This document shows positions 59,770 to 64,000 of a DNA stretch of 64,000 bases, piece after piece (positions within the stretch are counted from its first letter, which is position 1; the number at the start of each line of letters is the position of its first letter). The stretch spans positions 52,080,001-52,144,000 of the forward strand of contig CM059440.1 of assembly GCA_030390025.1 (NCBI GenBank). The letters are read 5' to 3'. The position numbers were made by a program, and so were the translations under genes. The DNA comes from Squalus acanthias. Taxonomy: Eukaryota. The notes under the pieces are model-generated. The model worked only from the letters and a program-made list of their open reading frames with translations. It made no database searches and was not told the origin of the DNA.

Positions 59770-62121
59770 ATGGAACGAATTCTAGTATTGCTCGCGGCAA
59801 TCGGATGTGGATTGGCCTATCGAGGCCGCACCAAGGATGTCGTGGTGTTTGGATGCTCCGGGGACACGGCCCCCATCGCGATGGATGGGACCGGAAGGCG
59901 AGAGGCTGAGGAGACCACCACCTATTTCCACAAGGGAAGGTGGCCAGGATGGCTGGGAATGAATTCAACTGAGTATTCCAGTACATCGGGTTTTGCCTAC
60001 AAAGAGACTTCTTTAATGTGCCCCAAAGTGAGGATCATCGCACCCAGAGTCAGCGTCACCGTCGGCAAACGGATTTGTTTGACTTGTAATGGGAATGTCC
60101 CATTGAGCCGATGGTGGTGGCTACGAAAGCTGAGCAAAAACATGAGGAACTCTTCGGTCGAGTGGGAGCGACTGGGTAATAATACCCATCGGACAATTAC
60201 GGGGACAAACGGACAAGTGAGAGTCTGTTGGGACAAATGGTGGGAACCGGATGAGGGAATTTATGTATGTATGTGGGGGTCAAAGCACGTTTGCCCAAAA
60301 GGCATCTCCATATTTTTCATCAATCAATGGCAGGATAACGGACAGGGGATGAGGTGGGATGCGAGCACCAGGGGGTGCGGAGCCCCATACTCTCCGATCC
60401 CGGTAAATGCCACTGAACTCATTACGCGCCCACGCAAAGCCCCGCCCATGATTCCGGTGGTTCTAGCTAAGGAAGAAGGGTGCCCTAAAACCAGTAAGGG
60501 ACCCGGGGATGGTTTGGTACTGGTCCCCACAGACCAGATACTATTTCAGGGGGTACATTACGCGGTGGCCTCGGTGATTTTAAATCTCACCGAGGTGCGG
60601 TTACCAGAGTGGTGCCGCAAAAAGACGGAACAGTTATATCAGGTCCTGTTGACCAAGATGTTTAGACAATTTTATGAGTTCGATTTCGCGGAAATTGATA
60701 AAACAAGTTTGTACACCGCACCACATGAAGTTTTGGGTCAGGTGGGGAGGCAAAGAAGGGGTGTTGTGAACGACATGTTCACTGCTTTCAATACAGGTAC
60801 ATCTGTGGTCAACGCTCTAGACAGTGTGGAGCTGCAGACCCAGATTAATGGCTTAAAAACGCAATTAAAAAGCATTCTCACAGATGAAAATAAGGTGGTT
60901 GGGTCTGGGTTACACGAGGACCAGGCCATGACTCTCCATTTAAAAGAAATAATAGCTGAACTAGAGAAACATGCGCGTACGGTAAATGCCCTGATTAGGG
61001 AAGATCGGAATGCGTCCGATCAGGCTGCGCAGAATGAGGTGTGCGTGCTTTACGGGGCGTGGTTACTGGGCGAGGGCCGCAGTAATTTGGAGGATTTAAA
61101 ACAAGGTTTGGTCCCGTCCTGGATAAGTAACAAACACCTGCAGGCGCTCCACCCTTTTCAGAACGCATTAAACCCGTGCCAGCTCAGACTAGCTTCAGAA
61201 GCATACCCAGTCCCCGTGGACTGCGGACGATCAAACCATACCATCATGGGTATAGTATTACGTATGCCGGTTTTGGGCGACACAGCAAAGCCCGCCCCGG
61301 TGTACCGGGTAGAGAACATTGGTGTCATTCAGGGGGGAGCCCACATTCGCTATGCAGCGGTTCCACCTTACGTCATCCGCTGGGAGCAAACGATGACAGG
61401 TACAGATCTCTCTGGTTGTCGTGGCCGGGGAGCACACATAATACTGTGTCCCCAGCACTTGAATGCCTTTTTAACACCACAGTGCGGGTTCAGAACGGCT
61501 GGCGCCAAGCCAATGAATTGCACCATGGAGGCAATGGCACAAGATCATGTGCCTCCGCAGGTAGCATACATCGGGGGTGGAACATATTGTGTTACCACTG
61601 CAGCGCAACACTACCAACATGGAAACCGTAGCCGGTGTCCGGTGAGTGACAGCAGTTTCTGTTTTAAACCCAGGGCGGAAGTTCAAGTAGCACAACAGCG
61701 AATTGTCCCGATCCCTGAACCATCCACGGTTCATCTTACCGTAAAAGAGAACTTCACCGACCTGCAGCGATTTGTCACGCATTTCGGATACCTCATTCCC
61801 CCTCTCCCTGAACACCTCACCAAGCTTTTGAAAGCCGTCGCGGTATTGCAAAAACATTTTTACACCCTAGAACAAAAGACTGTCGAGATAGGGACAGAAA
61901 TTCTGGACATAGTAATTCCACCGTGGTGGAATCTGTTCACCAACATTGAAGTGCCTTCCTGGATTAGAATAGCCTCCCACATTTTAGTTGTATGCCAAGT
62001 GTTTATTGTGATATACTTATTGGTCGTGCATTGTAAGAGAGGCAAACGCCTCACCAAGAACGAAAACACGGGAGAGTGGCGAGAACGTTACGGGCGCGTG
62101 CACGATGAAAGCACCGCGTAA
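59770..62121 (+). CDS. Intact envelope glycoprotein (F-like class I fusion type) with putative N-terminal Ig-like domain
   Basis: Acceptor-like tctgatcacAG at 59755-59756, then signal peptide MERILVLLAAIGCGLA; furin site RQRR at 60748-60759, then candidate fusion peptide and heptad repeat; Cys-rich region; second helix; TM IASHILVVCQVFIVIYLLVV; basic tail. Confidence 0.88.
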   Translation: MERILVLLAAIGCGLAYRGRTKDVVVFGCSGDTAPIAMDGTGRREAEETTTYFHKGRWPGWLGMNSTEYSSTSGFAYKETSLMCPKVRIIAPRVSVTVGKRICLTCNGNVPLSRWWWLRKLSKNMRNSSVEWERLGNNTHRTITGTNGQVRVCWDKWWEPDEGIYVCMWGSKHVCPKGISIFFINQWQDNGQGMRWDASTRGCGAPYSPIPVNATELITRPRKAPPMIPVVLAKEEGCPKTSKGPGDGLVLVPTDQILFQGVHYAVASVILNLTEVRLPEWCRKKTEQLYQVLLTKMFRQFYEFDFAEIDKTSLYTAPHEVLGQVGRQRRGVVNDMFTAFNTGTSVVNALDSVELQTQINGLKTQLKSILTDENKVVGSGLHEDQAMTLHLKEIIAELEKHARTVNALIREDRNASDQAAQNEVCVLYGAWLLGEGRSNLEDLKQGLVPSWISNKHLQALHPFQNALNPCQLRLASEAYPVPVDCGRSNHTIMGIVLRMPVLGDTAKPAPVYRVENIGVIQGGAHIRYAAVPPYVIRWEQTMTGTDLSGCRGRGAHIILCPQHLNAFLTPQCGFRTAGAKPMNCTMEAMAQDHVPPQVAYIGGGTYCVTTAAQHYQHGNRSRCPVSDSSFCFKPRAEVQVAQQRIVPIPEPSTVHLTVKENFTDLQRFVTHFGYLIPPLPEHLTKLLKAVAVLQKHFYTLEQKTVEIGTEILDIVIPPWWNLFTNIEVPSWIRIASHILVVCQVFIVIYLLVVHCKRGKRLTKNENTGEWRERYGRVHDESTA

Positions 62122-62567
62122 ACAGACAAAATGGCGTCACTCCAGTTTTCCACGTGCGCCTCGGAAGTGTTGTAATCGATCGTGATTTTTCTCAGAAACT
62201 GTAATTAAGTTTGGAACTCTACATGTTTAAGAGTTGGTTTTGATTATTTTGATTTGGTGTTGTTGAATATGATTGTTTGGTTGGTTTTTGTTTTCTTTTT
62301 TCCTTGAATAAAAAATATGCATATGCAGGTGGTGCGAGAGGCATCGGCCTGGTTACACCTGGAAGGAAATACACGCGGTGTAAGTTAAAGGCAAATGCTG
62401 CCTACGGTGTTATAAGAATGTAGTTTTCCTGGGAAATAAGGACGACACGGAGACCCTAGATAGTTTTTAAGTTATGGGAATTTTTGGATGTGGAGAATCG
62501 AGATAATATTGCTCACCACAATATTTTTGATACGATAAGCGGAGTTATTCGCATCAACAGGAGGGAC

Positions 62568-63571
62568 TGTAGAATTCGCAAAATTATCGCGATTTTATAA
62601 AATAAGAAGGAGACATAAAGTTTCGTACAAACAGCTTTATTTCAGCAGAATGCTGTCAGGTTTCAAAGCGGACACAAACAGCCTGTAAAATGGCCGCCAC
62701 GCCTCGTGGCAGAACGTTCTAGACTTTCAATGGGCAGACAAGATGGCGTTCCAATAAACATTTGTGCAAGATCGTACAGGACTCAGCACATTTGAGATAA
62801 TTCACAAGACATGATGGGTTTGCATTTTATACATAAATACTGGAATCGGTCTCCCAGGTGCGAATAAGGGCTATTGTACCGAGCGATCAAGAACCCATCC
62901 AAAGACATTAATATGCAAAATCCCCACGACTCTACGATGAGAGAGCCGTTTGCGGGTAGTTACAGAAAGCATTTGGAAGCCCCAAAACCCCTCCAGGGAG
63001 ACTACTAGCCGGTTCCACAATGGGAGAAGTATTAACGGGTACTCAGACAGTTACAAGTATCACCGAAACCCATTAAAAACGGAGATCACCCTATACAAGA
63101 AGTTTGAGCGCCAAAACCCTGACAAAAGATAGACATTAAGATTGGGCGGGAAAAGAGGAATTACAGCACTATAACTGTAAGGTACAACCGTCCATCTCTC
63201 TCTTGCTACTCTTGCTGCTGACTGCTGCCTCTGCTTCTTCTTGCGCTTGCTGCTTTGACTCGCTGGAAGGCTGTTGAACTTTTATTCTCTTGCCTGACGG
63301 CTCTGGACTCTGATCCGCTGGGATCAACCTCGTGGCTTGCCGCGAAGATCTGTGTAGAACTGGGCTGTGAGGCCTTGAAACGGGCGCACCATCCCGAGAA
63401 GTCGGTAAACGGTGTTGGAACCGAAGGCCCGAGAGGAGATGAGATGAGATGAGATGAGATGAGAAGAGAAGAAGACGACAATACGCATCGCCACGGTCAG
63501 TAAGCCCCGACCGCGCCTGTAAGTCGAATAAACACTTCCTTGCCCAAGAAGACCCTTCTTTGAGTTTTACA
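62568..63571 (+). repeat. LTR of element 2 (about 1004 bp)
   Basis: Preceded by PPT aacaggagggac; imperfect terminal inverted repeat tgtagaattc / gagttttaca (8 of 10); AATAAA at 63527-63532; YY1-type motifs at about 62687 and 62740. No second LTR in the window to confirm the ends. Confidence 0.75.
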
Positions 63572-64000
63572 ACTGGTGAGGGCACAGGAAGACTCTTTTT
63601 TGAGTAGTATCGGAACTCCGAGGACAACACAGATCTTCATGACAGCAGACGGTCCAGCCTGCTAGCCGGAGCAGAAACGAGTAAACAAGTGGGGTACAGA
63701 GACCCCTGATCAGCACGTGGATAGTCAGGTGCTGCGGTAAAAACATCCGAGCAGAGTTTCGGAATTCTCCGAGTTATCACGAGTGGTGAGCATGAGTCTC
63801 GATCCTACAAATCTAGATTAGGACAGGTATTGATAGGGGAGGGTTTAAGTTTTAAGGATAAGTATAATGTGTGTCCCCTTTTACGATGTGTCATGCGCTC
63901 CTCGTTTCCCTAAAATTAGTTACATAACTGTGTGTAAGATTGTACTGTCATTAATCTGTGCTTATGACATGTATCTCGTAATCTTGAATAATCTGCAATA

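Noticed and set aside
60020-60280. Env Ig domain captured from the adjacent B7 gene
   Set aside because: There is no visible similarity beyond generic Ig motif residues; the proximity is probably coincidental.

Overview
Vertebrate genomic DNA, most likely from a cartilaginous fish (shark-type CR1 LINEs, Deu-domain tRNA SINEs, shark-like 5S sequence). There are two host genes, both on the minus strand. One is PNRC2 (single coding exon 2024-2464, CpG-rich promoter about 4.3-5.05 kb). The other is a B7-family IgV-IgC-TM gene (exons about 54329-54371, 53022-53375, 52150-52434 and 45344-45501), whose IgC domain has Phe at both canonical Cys positions. The rest is almost entirely nested mobile DNA. 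It includes two related env-bearing, lokiretrovirus-like endogenous elements: a decayed provirus at 12357-21063, and a pol-env-LTR segment at about 55069-63571 whose intact F-type env appears to carry an N-terminal Ig domain. It also includes an intact Gypsy element (46036-50545) with a self-complementary sequence where the tRNA PBS should be, and an apparently intact two-gene Harbinger transposon (37315-41460) with related MITEs. Penelope-like fragments carry minimal hammerhead ribozyme motifs. A 5S rRNA pseudogene is split by a TSD-flanked insertion, and there are many CR1/L2/Tx1-like LINE and SINE fragments. All calls were made by eye; no searches were run.
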